Positions 1 to 9,076 of a stretch of 64,000 bases of DNA are shown here, in pieces; position 1 is the first letter of the stretch, and every line of letters starts with the position of its first letter. Source of the stretch: Opitutia bacterium (GTDB lineage Bacteria > Verrucomicrobiota > Verrucomicrobiia > Opitutales > Opitutaceae); NCBI GenBank assembly GCA_947478395.1, contig CANJVR010000001.1:1-64000 (forward strand). Reading direction: 5' to 3'. The notes beneath the pieces are model-generated. The model was not told the origin of the DNA. It worked only from the letters and a program-made list of their open reading frames with translations, and ran no database searches. The translations under genes and the position numbers were made by a program.

Positions 1-35
1 AACCAACATGTCACCTAATAGGTGACATGTTGGTT
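1..35. repeat. Perfect 17-bp inverted repeat AACCAACATGTCACCTA-A-TAGGTGACATGTTGGTT; second copy of the core at 54595-54619
   Basis: Read directly; lies about 100 bp beyond the murG stop and may extend past the window edge. Confidence 0.85.
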
Positions 36-131
36 TCGGCCGCGCGGAAATATCGCGACGGACTACACGGCGGGACGAACCGGACGGCGGCGCAAAACAT
101 TCGGGGGAGCCAGAATCGTTTGGGCCCATTG

Positions 132-1253
132 TCAGGTTAAGCGCGGGCGGGGATGACTGGCGGAATGCGCCAAAGCGAGTTGCTCAAGGTCGCCAATCAT
201 AAGCTCAAGTGGGTTTCCCTGACTCATCCGGCGAAGGGCACCGCGGATTTCCTGCAAGCGCGCATCATTCGAGATCAGGGAAACGGCCGTCACCAAAAGA
301 TTGGGCAAAGCAGCTTGCTCCACCACGAGGCCGCCGCCTTCGTGCGCAAAATGCGCGGCATTGGCGCGCTGGTGATCGTCGGCGGCATGCGGAAACGGGA
401 CGAGAATCGCGGGTGCTGCACAGCGAATCAGTTCAGCGATCGTTCCGGCTCCGGCGCGCGCGACCACGAGGTCGGCCGCCGAGAGCAACTCGGCGACGCG
501 ATCGCTGAACGGCAAAAATTGAAAGCGCACCATTACACCGTTTCGCGACAGCGATTCGCCCGCCTCCGCTTCACCTTTACCGGGACCGGTCACACAGCAC
601 AACTGTATGCCCTCGGCCGCCAAGTCCGCCCGCGCTGCGCGCGCCCAGTCATTTAGCGCGGACGCGCCCTGACTGCCGCCAAAGACCACGAGCAATTTCT
701 GGCTCGGATTGAAACCGAGCGCCGCCCGCGCCGCCTCGGCCGGGAGCGGCGCAATTTCCTGGCGCACAGGCATGCCGGCGTGACGTGTGATCGCGGCTGG
801 AACGCGGCCGATGCGAATTCCCTCCGGCAGATAAACTCGGGCCGCGAAGCGGCCCAGCGTGCGGATGGCCCGACCGGGCACGCGATTGGATTCGTGCAGC
901 ACGATGGGAAGTCTCGCCAAGCGGCCGGCGAAAACAACCGGCGCCGACGTAAAACCGCCGAAGCCCACAATCGCGTCGGGCCGCTCCGTCCGGATCAACG
1001 CGCAACAAAATCTGAACGCCTGGAATTGCGACAGGCAGCACCGCGCGAGTTGTAAGGGCGACCAGGCAAACCCGCTACCGGGCATGCGCAGAAAAAGGAG
1101 CCGGGGGTATTTTTCGCTCAGGCGGGCATCGATCTTTTTTTGGCTGATCAACAAGGTCGCGGTGTGGCCACGCGCGAGCAAACCCTCGGCCAGCGCGATA
1201 CCCGGAGCGAGATGTCCGCCCGTGCCGCCGCAGGAAATGAAGTAATGGCTCAT
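132..1253 (-). CDS. murG: Lipid II N-acetylglucosaminyltransferase MurG
   Basis: GGTGGH N-terminal motif, GFGGF, HESN, GGSQG, RAGAGTIAEL and HQxxNA; dcw position. Confidence 0.97.
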   Translation of the reverse strand: MSHYFISCGGTGGHLAPGIALAEGLLARGHTATLLISQKKIDARLSEKYPRLLFLRMPGSGFAWSPLQLARCCLSQFQAFRFCCALIRTERPDAIVGFGGFTSAPVVFAGRLARLPIVLHESNRVPGRAIRTLGRFAARVYLPEGIRIGRVPAAITRHAGMPVRQEIAPLPAEAARAALGFNPSQKLLVVFGGSQGASALNDWARAARADLAAEGIQLCCVTGPGKGEAEAGESLSRNGVMVRFQFLPFSDRVAELLSAADLVVARAGAGTIAELIRCAAPAILVPFPHAADDHQRANAAHFAHEGGGLVVEQAALPNLLVTAVSLISNDARLQEIRGALRRMSQGNPLELMIGDLEQLALAHSASHPRPRLT

Positions 1254-1293
1254 GCTGCCGCACGCTCCCCGTCGTACGTTTTCACCCTTCTAC

Positions 1294-2466
1294 TCACGCC
1301 AACACCTCACGCAGATTGCGGGTTTTTTCCGGCAGCGCGACGCGGCCCCAGGTGCGTTGCGTGTTCACGAAAATCCCGACCAGCAAACCCATCAGCAAAA
1401 GATTCGAGAGGCCGGCGCTGATAAACGGCAGGGACATTCCTTTGGTCGGGAAAAGTCCGGTGACGACGCCCAAATTCACGATCGCTTGCAGCGAAATGAG
1501 CAACAGACAGCCGGTCACGAAAAGAAAGTGAAAGAGGTTCGGTGCGCGCCGCAGGTGGATGAGTCCGGCGATAAACATCACGACAAACACCGCGACCACC
1601 CCGAGCGTAAACCACAGACCGAGTTCCTCGCCCACGACGGCGAAAATCATGTCGGTCTGCGCTTCGGGCAGATAGCTGAGCTGCTGTCGACCTTGACCAA
1701 GCCCAACCCCATCGGTCCCGCCTGAGGCAAAAGCCGCTAGGGCCTGATAAAGTTGATACGCCTTGCCGCTCTTGTTCGCCTCCACGTCGAGAAACGCCGT
1801 GAACCGCGCGAGCCGGTTGGGGATGAGCATGACAATCGCAGCAAAGGCCGCCACCACGACCGCAACCGACGGCACGATGTAACGCCAGCGCGCACCGGCG
1901 AGGAATAACAGGACGAAGCCCACTACGACCATGAGGGCGGCGGTGCCCATGTCGGTCTCCTTCAACACGAGGGCGGCAAACGCGCCGATCAAACCGAGCG
2001 GCCATAGAAAGCCCCGCTTCCATTCGGCGATGCGCGTCTGATTGAGCGCAAGATAGTGGGCGAGACAGAAGACCAAGCCGAGCTTGGCAAACTCCGAAAC
2101 CTGCACCTTGGCTTCACCGTAACCGAGCCACCGCCGTGAACCGTGGCTCTCGTACCCGATGTGCGGCACGAGCACCAGGGCGAGCAGGAAAAGACTGATA
2201 CCACCGATCCACCAAGCGTAGCGACGAGCGTAATCCAGATTTATCCGGCTCGCCAGTAGACAGAGCCCGGAGGCGAGCGCGGCGCCGATGACCTGTTTAT
2301 TGAGATAAAGGTAAGGCACCTCGACGCCCTTTTTAGTGCGAAAGGCGGCACTCGCGCTGAACAAAATCGTCAGGCCGAGAATCGTGAGACCCACGGCGCA
2401 GACGACGATGATCGCCGCCGGACTGACGATCTGGCGAACGCGGGGAGCGGCAACAGGCGCGGACAT
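1294..2466 (-). CDS. ftsW: SEDS-family peptidoglycan polymerase FtsW
   Basis: Multi-TM; GSRRWL, QVSEFAK, LPEAQTDMIFA, PTKGMSLPFISAG; directly upstream of murG. Confidence 0.95.
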   Translation of the reverse strand: MSAPVAAPRVRQIVSPAAIIVVCAVGLTILGLTILFSASAAFRTKKGVEVPYLYLNKQVIGAALASGLCLLASRINLDYARRYAWWIGGISLFLLALVLVPHIGYESHGSRRWLGYGEAKVQVSEFAKLGLVFCLAHYLALNQTRIAEWKRGFLWPLGLIGAFAALVLKETDMGTAALMVVVGFVLLFLAGARWRYIVPSVAVVVAAFAAIVMLIPNRLARFTAFLDVEANKSGKAYQLYQALAAFASGGTDGVGLGQGRQQLSYLPEAQTDMIFAVVGEELGLWFTLGVVAVFVVMFIAGLIHLRRAPNLFHFLFVTGCLLLISLQAIVNLGVVTGLFPTKGMSLPFISAGLSNLLLMGLLVGIFVNTQRTWGRVALPEKTRNLREVLA

Positions 2467-2507
2467 TAATAAGGCGGGCGACCGCCAGTTTTTCTACAAT
2501 GCGCGAC

Positions 2508-3449
2508 TCAAGGCTTTTTGACCTCGGAAATTTCCTCAACTTTGTTCACGGGCACATCGACGCCCGTTCCCGGCTTGAGTCCTGCATCGAGATCTTGTCC
2601 GGGCGGGGGAATGACAAAAACGGGTTTGCTCTCGACCGCAGGGTTGGGCGCCGCCGGCTTGGCGGCAGAGGGCGCGGCGGCGCGGGTAGTCGCGGCCGGG
2701 GTGGTCGTCGTCGGAGCCGGCTTCACCGCTTTGGAAGCCGTCGGTGACGGAATGATAAGGTCCTGACCGGTCTGAATTTTTTTCGGGTCGGCAACTTTGT
2801 TTTTGAGCATCAGTTCACCGAGCGTCACGTGGTATTTTCGTGCGATGGCCCCGAGCGTCTCCCCGTTTTGCACCGTGTGCTTCACGACTTCCGCCGGCGC
2901 CTGGGCCCCGCCGTCGGGCGCTGCGGCCATTGGGGCGCTACCGGCCGGAGCGACGGAAACCACTGGAGGCGTTTTCGCGGGGATGATCAATTTCTGACCG
3001 GGCCGCAGGACAGAGCTCTGCTTAAGATTGTTGGCGGCGATCAATTCGGCGACGGAAATTTTATTTTTACGCGCCGCGACGATCAGGCTGTCACCGCTCA
3101 CCACGGTGTAGGTTGTGGCCGGAATCACGTCGGCCACGGGCTGCGCCTCAAGCGCGGAGGCCGCCGGCGTGCCGGGACGGGTCGGGCTGTACCGTGACGC
3201 TCCCAAACCGGCGACGTTGATCGAAACCGTGGACGACGAATCGCCGCCCGACGAGGCCGGCATGATCGGCGATGAATCCGACGCACTCGACGGGACCGTG
3301 ATCATCGGAGATGGTTCGGTTTTGGCCACGGTGTCGGATGGCGCCGGCGTGGGCTTGCTGGCAGAGCTGCAGCCGGGATTGGCGAGGAGAAACAGTAAAG
3401 CGAAGGCGTGGATGCCCACGACGACGCCGGCGACTCTGAGAATTTTCAT
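2508..3449 (-). CDS. Exported or membrane-anchored protein with two LysM domains and Pro/Ala/Ser-rich linkers
   Basis: N-terminal hydrophobic stretch ending GC; two LysM repeats (YTVVSGDSL...GQKLIIP and HTVQNGETLGAIARKY...GQDLIIP). Confidence 0.9.
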   Translation of the reverse strand: MKILRVAGVVVGIHAFALLFLLANPGCSSASKPTPAPSDTVAKTEPSPMITVPSSASDSSPIMPASSGGDSSSTVSINVAGLGASRYSPTRPGTPAASALEAQPVADVIPATTYTVVSGDSLIVAARKNKISVAELIAANNLKQSSVLRPGQKLIIPAKTPPVVSVAPAGSAPMAAAPDGGAQAPAEVVKHTVQNGETLGAIARKYHVTLGELMLKNKVADPKKIQTGQDLIIPSPTASKAVKPAPTTTTPAATTRAAAPSAAKPAAPNPAVESKPVFVIPPPGQDLDAGLKPGTGVDVPVNKVEEISEVKKP

Positions 3450-3556
3450 GGTGAGAAGTTTTGGTTGGTTGGACGGTTGAAAGCTACTGAAAAGTCGCGA
3501 GACGGGATTTTCAAACGCGGATCACTCAAGCGCATTTCGATCTGATTTTTATGTCG

Positions 3557-4873
3557 TCACCGCGGGATGGCTACGGTGCCGCGACCTTCACTGAGTTGCG
3601 CGACGAGGCGCTCGAACTGATCCCCCCGATCCTCGTAATTGCGAAACTGATCGAAACTCGCAAAGCCCGGACTCAGCAGAACGTTTCCGCCGGGTACGGC
3701 CAAACTCGTGGCGAGACGCACGGCCTCCGCCAGCGAAGCGCAGCGCGTGTGCGCCGCGGCGATCGGGGCGAGTGCACCCGCCAGATCCGGCGCGGTCTCA
3801 CCGATCAAGCACGCATGACGGACTCGCGGCGCAATCCGCCGGGCGAAAGCCCCGATGTCGCCGCCCTTAGCCTTGCCGCCCGCAATAAGAATCACAGGGG
3901 CGTCGAATCCCGCGATCGCCGCTTCGACCGCGTGGAAGTTGGTGGCCTTGGAATCATTCCAATACGTCACACCGCCGCACACCGCGATCTTCGCTAACCG
4001 ATGGCGCCCCAGCCGAAATGTGCGCGCCGCCGCATAAAGATCTGCTACAACCAAACCCGTCTCCTTCCACCAAGCGGCGGCGAGAATGAAATTTTCACGC
4101 TGGGGATAGGTCGCGAAGATCGTGTCCACAAGGCCGGGATCACCTGGTTGATTTTCGGTCGCAACCGCCGCTCGCTCCGGCAGCGGCCGGCCAATTGTTT
4201 TCGCGAAGCGCTGGACGGAATCTCCCGCAAAAAATGCCCCCGGCGCGGTGCATGCCACCAGTGGCCACTTCGCGGCGAAATACGATTCAAGATCCAAGTG
4301 TCGCTCGAGATGGTCCTCGGCAAAATTGGTCCAGAGAGTCGCTTTAACCCGCAGGTGCCGGAGTGTCTCGGCTTGGAACGAGCTGATTTCGCACACCGCG
4401 ATTTTATCCGCAGCCCCGAGCGTGACGCCGTCCGCGTCAGCGACAAATTGGGAAAACGGATAGCCGATATTGCCGACCGCCCTCGCCTCATGGCCGGCGG
4501 CGCGGAGCGCGTGGGCCAGGAATTCGGTCAGCGTCGTTTTGCCATTCGTGCCGGTAATCGCGACGACTTGGCCGCGCCAGAACAGCGAGGCAAAATCCAG
4601 TTCACTGAGGCATTCCAGCCCCGCCGCGCGGGCCGTGGCGAGCCACGGATGATTCGGCGCAAATCCCGGCGAGAACACAACCAGCCCGTGCTGAGCGGCG
4701 ACGGCGGAATCAAACTCCCGCGTTGGCGCGATCTTCGCATCGTAGGTCACGCTATCGGGCGAACCAAGCTTCGCGAGCAAAGCCCGCACGCCCTGCCCGC
4801 TCACACCGCCGCCAAAAATCGCGACCGGCCGCCGTGTCAGGTGGCGGATAAAATCGGATGGTGCGGGACGCAT
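3557..4873 (-). CDS. murD: UDP-MurNAc-L-Ala--D-glutamate ligase MurD
   Basis: GGGVSG, ITGTNGKTT, EISSFQ, DHLERH, NDSKATN, LLSPGFASFDQF. Confidence 0.96.
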   Translation of the reverse strand: MRPAPSDFIRHLTRRPVAIFGGGVSGQGVRALLAKLGSPDSVTYDAKIAPTREFDSAVAAQHGLVVFSPGFAPNHPWLATARAAGLECLSELDFASLFWRGQVVAITGTNGKTTLTEFLAHALRAAGHEARAVGNIGYPFSQFVADADGVTLGAADKIAVCEISSFQAETLRHLRVKATLWTNFAEDHLERHLDLESYFAAKWPLVACTAPGAFFAGDSVQRFAKTIGRPLPERAAVATENQPGDPGLVDTIFATYPQRENFILAAAWWKETGLVVADLYAAARTFRLGRHRLAKIAVCGGVTYWNDSKATNFHAVEAAIAGFDAPVILIAGGKAKGGDIGAFARRIAPRVRHACLIGETAPDLAGALAPIAAAHTRCASLAEAVRLATSLAVPGGNVLLSPGFASFDQFRNYEDRGDQFERLVAQLSEGRGTVAIPR

Positions 4874-4907
4874 GGGAAGACGGAGTGCGAAGTTTGTGGT
4901 TTTCGAC

Positions 4908-6020
4908 TCAGCGGAGTTTCAGCGTCGCGAGGCCGGCGAGAGCGAAGATGAGCGATAGCACCCAAAAGCGCAGTACGACCTTGGTTTCCGGCCAACCCTG
5001 CTTTTGAAAATGATGGTGGATCGGCGCCATGAGAAAATAACGCTGACCGGTGCCGGTGGTGCGACGCGTGTACTTGAAATAACCCACTTGAATGATCACC
5101 GAAACGGCTTCCCACACAAAGACACCGCCGACGATCACCAGCGTGAGCGGCTGGTGAATCATAAAGGCCATCACGCCGATCAGCCCACCGAGAGCGAGCG
5201 AACCCGTGTCGCCCATGAAAACTTCCGCCGGATGCGAATTGAACCACAGAAACGCCATGCAGCCGCCGATCAACGCGCCGCATACGACCGCGAGTTCACC
5301 CGTGCCGGGCACGTGGCTCGTCAGGAGATATTCCGAGAGAAAAATGTGATCGGCGACATACGCCATAATTCCGAACACCAGCGCCACCGGAATCGTGCAG
5401 CCAATCGCGAGGCCATCGAGACCGTCGGTCAGATTGATCGCGTTGGAAAAACCGACGACCCACAAATAAATAAGAACCAGCAGCGCCGCGATGTTGAGCC
5501 GGGCCACCACGGGATATTTCACGAAAGGCACCCAGAGTTCCCGGATCTTGTCGCTGCTCAGCGGATGGTAGAGCAACGCCGCGAGGGCCACGACCGTGAT
5601 CAGGCTTTGCCAGATGATTTTCTCGTGCGACGAAAGGCCCGCCCGGTTTTTTCTCACGACCTTCAGGTAGTCGTCGCGGTAACCCACGGCCGTGAGCGAA
5701 GCATAAACAAACAGCGCGACGACCACCCATACGTTGGGCGCCGCCCACAGAAATGCGCTGAGGAATACGGAGGCAAAGATCAGCAGTCCGCCCATCGTCG
5801 GCGTGTTTTTTTTGTCAAAACGCGTGGCGAGGTCGCCGGTGCGATCGTCATCGTAGTGCTGACCGAGCTTCAATCGACGCAGCTGACGGATGAGCCACGG
5901 CCCAATCACAAATCCGATCAGCGCCGCGGTGCTGGTCGCCCCGAGCGTGCGCACCGTGATGTAGCGCAGCACCCGCAGCGGACCGAAGAGATGTTCGTAA
6001 TCGGCCAGCAGGCTAAGCAT
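4908..6020 (-). CDS. mraY: Phospho-MurNAc-pentapeptide transferase MraY (start taken at ATG 6020)
   Basis: TPTMGG, DDY, NAINLTDGLDGL, FMGDTGSLALGG, MAPIHHHF; start overlaps the murF end. Confidence 0.97.
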   Translation of the reverse strand: MLSLLADYEHLFGPLRVLRYITVRTLGATSTAALIGFVIGPWLIRQLRRLKLGQHYDDDRTGDLATRFDKKNTPTMGGLLIFASVFLSAFLWAAPNVWVVVALFVYASLTAVGYRDDYLKVVRKNRAGLSSHEKIIWQSLITVVALAALLYHPLSSDKIRELWVPFVKYPVVARLNIAALLVLIYLWVVGFSNAINLTDGLDGLAIGCTIPVALVFGIMAYVADHIFLSEYLLTSHVPGTGELAVVCGALIGGCMAFLWFNSHPAEVFMGDTGSLALGGLIGVMAFMIHQPLTLVIVGGVFVWEAVSVIIQVGYFKYTRRTTGTGQRYFLMAPIHHHFQKQGWPETKVVLRFWVLSLIFALAGLATLKLR

Positions 6021-7449
6021 GGGCGGAAGCGGACGAACGGAACAGATCGGCGGTCTCGGGTTTCTCCGCGCCTGAAGGTGGGAGCGTTTTCTCCAGCGCG
6101 TAGCGCCGGCTGCCTTTGACGAAAACCGAACCCTGAAACTCGGCGAGCCGCGCCGCGATCGGTACCGTCGTGTCTTCAATCGCGATCTGCGTTTCCAACG
6201 CCCCGCCTTCGATTGCCCCCGCCTTTACGTCCGCGGCGTGCTCGGCAACAACCGTGAGAAAATCTTGCGAGCGCAACGGCAGCGAACGTCCCAGATCGCG
6301 ATGCAGCTGAGGCGCATCGGCGCCGAGTTCTTCCATTCCGCCCAGGATAAAGAGCCGCGGTTCAGCGCCCGACGTAACGGCGCAAAACGTAGTGAGCGCA
6401 TCCGCCATCGACGCGGGGTTCGCGTTGTAGCAATCCAAATAAAGCAGCCGTCCGTCCTGACGGCGCCACTCGCCCCGCAACGGTGACGGCGCCCACTCGG
6501 CCAGGCGCTCCTGCACCGTTTCCGGCGCGACACCGAGCGACAAAGCTGCGCAAATCGCGATCACGGCATTCTGGGCCATACCGTCAGTCACGCGCCACAT
6601 GTTGAACGTCAGAGGCGGCGGCAGACCGTACGCGAGGGTGATGGCCGTTGAATCGCCGCGCTGGGTGAGCGCATAAAATATTTTATCCTTCGCCGCTTCG
6701 CCCGGGCGCATGACCTCGGTGCGCTCCACCAACATTCGCTGTACATTGAGCACGCAAAACGCGCTGAAGCGGGTGCAGTGGGTCGGAAAGATCGCGACAC
6801 CCGCCGGCCGCAGGGCCGCAGAGAGCCGGGATTTTTCCCGCGCCACGCCGTCCACCGAACCGAGTTCCTGGGTATGAGCGGCCGCGACGAGCGTGGTCAG
6901 CGCGAGATCGGGTTCGATCATGGCGGCGAGCACCCCCATGTCGCCCGGCGCGCTGATGCCAGCCTCGATTACCGCGAACTTGTGTTTCGCCGGGTCTAGG
7001 CGCGTGAGGGTCAAAGGAACGCCGAGATGATTGTTGAGATTACCCTCGGTCGCGAGCACGCCGCCGGCTTCGCGCCCCAACAGGAGCGCGAGCAGGTTTT
7101 TCGTCGAAGTCTTGCCCGCGCTTCCCGTGATGCCAATGACCGGACCGGCAAATGTGCGCCGATGCTCACGGGCTATCGTTTGAAACGCGATTAACGGATC
7201 CACCACGATCAACTGCGGCAGATTCAGCGCGAGGTTCGGCTTCGAAACGAGCGCCGCGCTCGCCTTAGAATTTTGCGCAGCCAAGAGGAAATCATGGCCG
7301 TCGCGTTTAGCGGTCTTCAGCGCGACAAAAACCTGGCCTTCATGCACGTGTCGCGAGTCGATCGTGAAGCCCGAAAGCGCCGTGGTCGGCGGTGTCGTCC
7401 AGCGACCGCCCGTCCAGCGGGCGAGTTGAGCGGAAGAAAACGAGGGCAT
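6013..7449 (-). CDS. murF: UDP-MurNAc-tripeptide--D-Ala-D-Ala ligase MurF
   Basis: IDSR, DGHDF, ITGSAGKTSTK, GNLNNHLGVPLTL, DCYNANPASM, VKGSR. Confidence 0.96.
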   Translation of the reverse strand: MPSFSSAQLARWTGGRWTTPPTTALSGFTIDSRHVHEGQVFVALKTAKRDGHDFLLAAQNSKASAALVSKPNLALNLPQLIVVDPLIAFQTIAREHRRTFAGPVIGITGSAGKTSTKNLLALLLGREAGGVLATEGNLNNHLGVPLTLTRLDPAKHKFAVIEAGISAPGDMGVLAAMIEPDLALTTLVAAAHTQELGSVDGVAREKSRLSAALRPAGVAIFPTHCTRFSAFCVLNVQRMLVERTEVMRPGEAAKDKIFYALTQRGDSTAITLAYGLPPPLTFNMWRVTDGMAQNAVIAICAALSLGVAPETVQERLAEWAPSPLRGEWRRQDGRLLYLDCYNANPASMADALTTFCAVTSGAEPRLFILGGMEELGADAPQLHRDLGRSLPLRSQDFLTVVAEHAADVKAGAIEGGALETQIAIEDTTVPIAARLAEFQGSVFVKGSRRYALEKTLPPSGAEKPETADLFRSSASAHA

Positions 7450-7477
7450 GGTGGCGGCGTCCGATGCGTCAGACCAG

Positions 7478-9076
7478 CTACGATTGGGCCGCCGGTTTCA
7501 GCGTTTTAATCGCGATCAGCTCACGCACGACCAAACGATCGTCGAACGGGCTGACCGTATCGGCAAATTCCTGATAACTCTCATGACCTTTGCCGGCTAC
7601 GAGGAGACAATCGCCGGGTTTACACGCATCGAGTGCCAAGCTGATTGCGCGGCGCCGATCGTCGACCCAGGCGATTTTCTCCGGCACAGAAACCCCTTGC
7701 TGCATATCGGCGAAGATCTGCGCCAGCGGCTCGTTACGCGGGTTGTCGGCCGTCGCAAAGGCAAAGTCGGCGAACTCCTGCACGGCCTCCACCATGAGCG
7801 GACGTTTCGAGCGGTCGCGATTTCCACCGCAACCGAAGACGACTAACACCCGGCCCGGGGTGATGGCGCGCAGCATGCCGAGAGCGTTGCGCAGTGCATC
7901 GTCGGTGTGCGCGTAGTCGACGAGCACGTTGAATGTCTGACCTTCCTCGATGCGCTCCATGCGACCGGGAACGCCCTTGAAAGCGCGAAGCCGCGCGAGA
8001 ATCACCGAGGGATCGCGGCCGAGCGACCACGCGGTCGCGATGGCCGCGAGCAGATTGCTGACATTGTATCGTCCGATGAGCGGTGAATCCACAAATAGCT
8101 CACCTTGGGGCCAAACCAGCTTGAAAGTAGAATGCTTGAAACCGAGCGTGACCTGTTCAGCGCGAACGAGCGCGGCCGGATTTTCGCCAAACGTCACGAC
8201 GCGAACCGTCGACGGAATTTTCGCGAGGAGCTGCGCGCCGTAGGGATCGTCTAGATTAACCACCGCGACTTTGGGCGCGGCTCCCGTTTCACCGGAAAAC
8301 AGGCGGGTTTTAACGTCGAAGTAAGCCCCGATATTTTTGTGATAATCGAGGTGATCTCGCGTGAGGTTGGTGAAAACCGCCGCACTAAAATTTAATCCCA
8401 ACACCCGCTGCTGGTCGATACCGTGCGAGCTGACCTCCATCACGGCCTGCCGACAACCGGCGTCGCGCATCTGCGCCATCATGCCGTAGATATCCAGCGA
8501 CTCCGGCGTGGTCCGAAACGACGGCACGCTGCGCGCTCCGAGATCGTAGCTGATCGTGCCGAGCAAGCCCACGCGCTGGTCGCCGTTGAGCAGATGTTTG
8601 ATGAGGTAAGAGACCGTCGTCTTGCCATTGGTGCCGGTCACGCCGACCACCGCCAGGTCGCGATCGGGAAATTTGAAATAGCGCTGCGAAACGCGCGCGA
8701 GCGTGGCGCGGGCATCGGCGACTTGGATGATGGTGACCTTCGCCGGAGGATGGGCCGGCATTTTTTGCGTGACGATCGCCACGGCGCCGCGGCTCATCGC
8801 CTCGTCGATGAACGTGCTGCCGTCCGCGCGCAGGCCAGGTAGTGCAAAGAAAAGATTCCCGGGCATGACGCGCCGGCTGTCGATCGCGAGGCCGGAGATC
8901 GGACGGTCGAGGCTGCCTTTGGTGGCGAGGATTTCGCCATCACCGAAGTAGTCGGAGAGTTTGGGAGCCATTTTGAAGACGCGATTGAGAGCGAGTGTTT
9001 CACCCCGAGTCCGGCGGACGGGACGTGGGGCGAAGGCAGCGATGAGAGCGTGATTGGCCGACAAGTAGCCGATCAT
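7478..9076 (-). CDS. murE: UDP-MurNAc-dipeptide--meso-DAP ligase MurE (start 9076 via ATGA overlap with ftsI, alternatively 8971)
   Basis: VTGTNGKTT, TTPES, MEVSSH, TNLTRDHLDYH, VDYAHT, FGCGGNRD, DNPR (mDAP-type), AGKGHE. Confidence 0.96.
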   Translation of the reverse strand: MIGYLSANHALIAAFAPRPVRRTRGETLALNRVFKMAPKLSDYFGDGEILATKGSLDRPISGLAIDSRRVMPGNLFFALPGLRADGSTFIDEAMSRGAVAIVTQKMPAHPPAKVTIIQVADARATLARVSQRYFKFPDRDLAVVGVTGTNGKTTVSYLIKHLLNGDQRVGLLGTISYDLGARSVPSFRTTPESLDIYGMMAQMRDAGCRQAVMEVSSHGIDQQRVLGLNFSAAVFTNLTRDHLDYHKNIGAYFDVKTRLFSGETGAAPKVAVVNLDDPYGAQLLAKIPSTVRVVTFGENPAALVRAEQVTLGFKHSTFKLVWPQGELFVDSPLIGRYNVSNLLAAIATAWSLGRDPSVILARLRAFKGVPGRMERIEEGQTFNVLVDYAHTDDALRNALGMLRAITPGRVLVVFGCGGNRDRSKRPLMVEAVQEFADFAFATADNPRNEPLAQIFADMQQGVSVPEKIAWVDDRRRAISLALDACKPGDCLLVAGKGHESYQEFADTVSPFDDRLVVRELIAIKTLKPAAQS

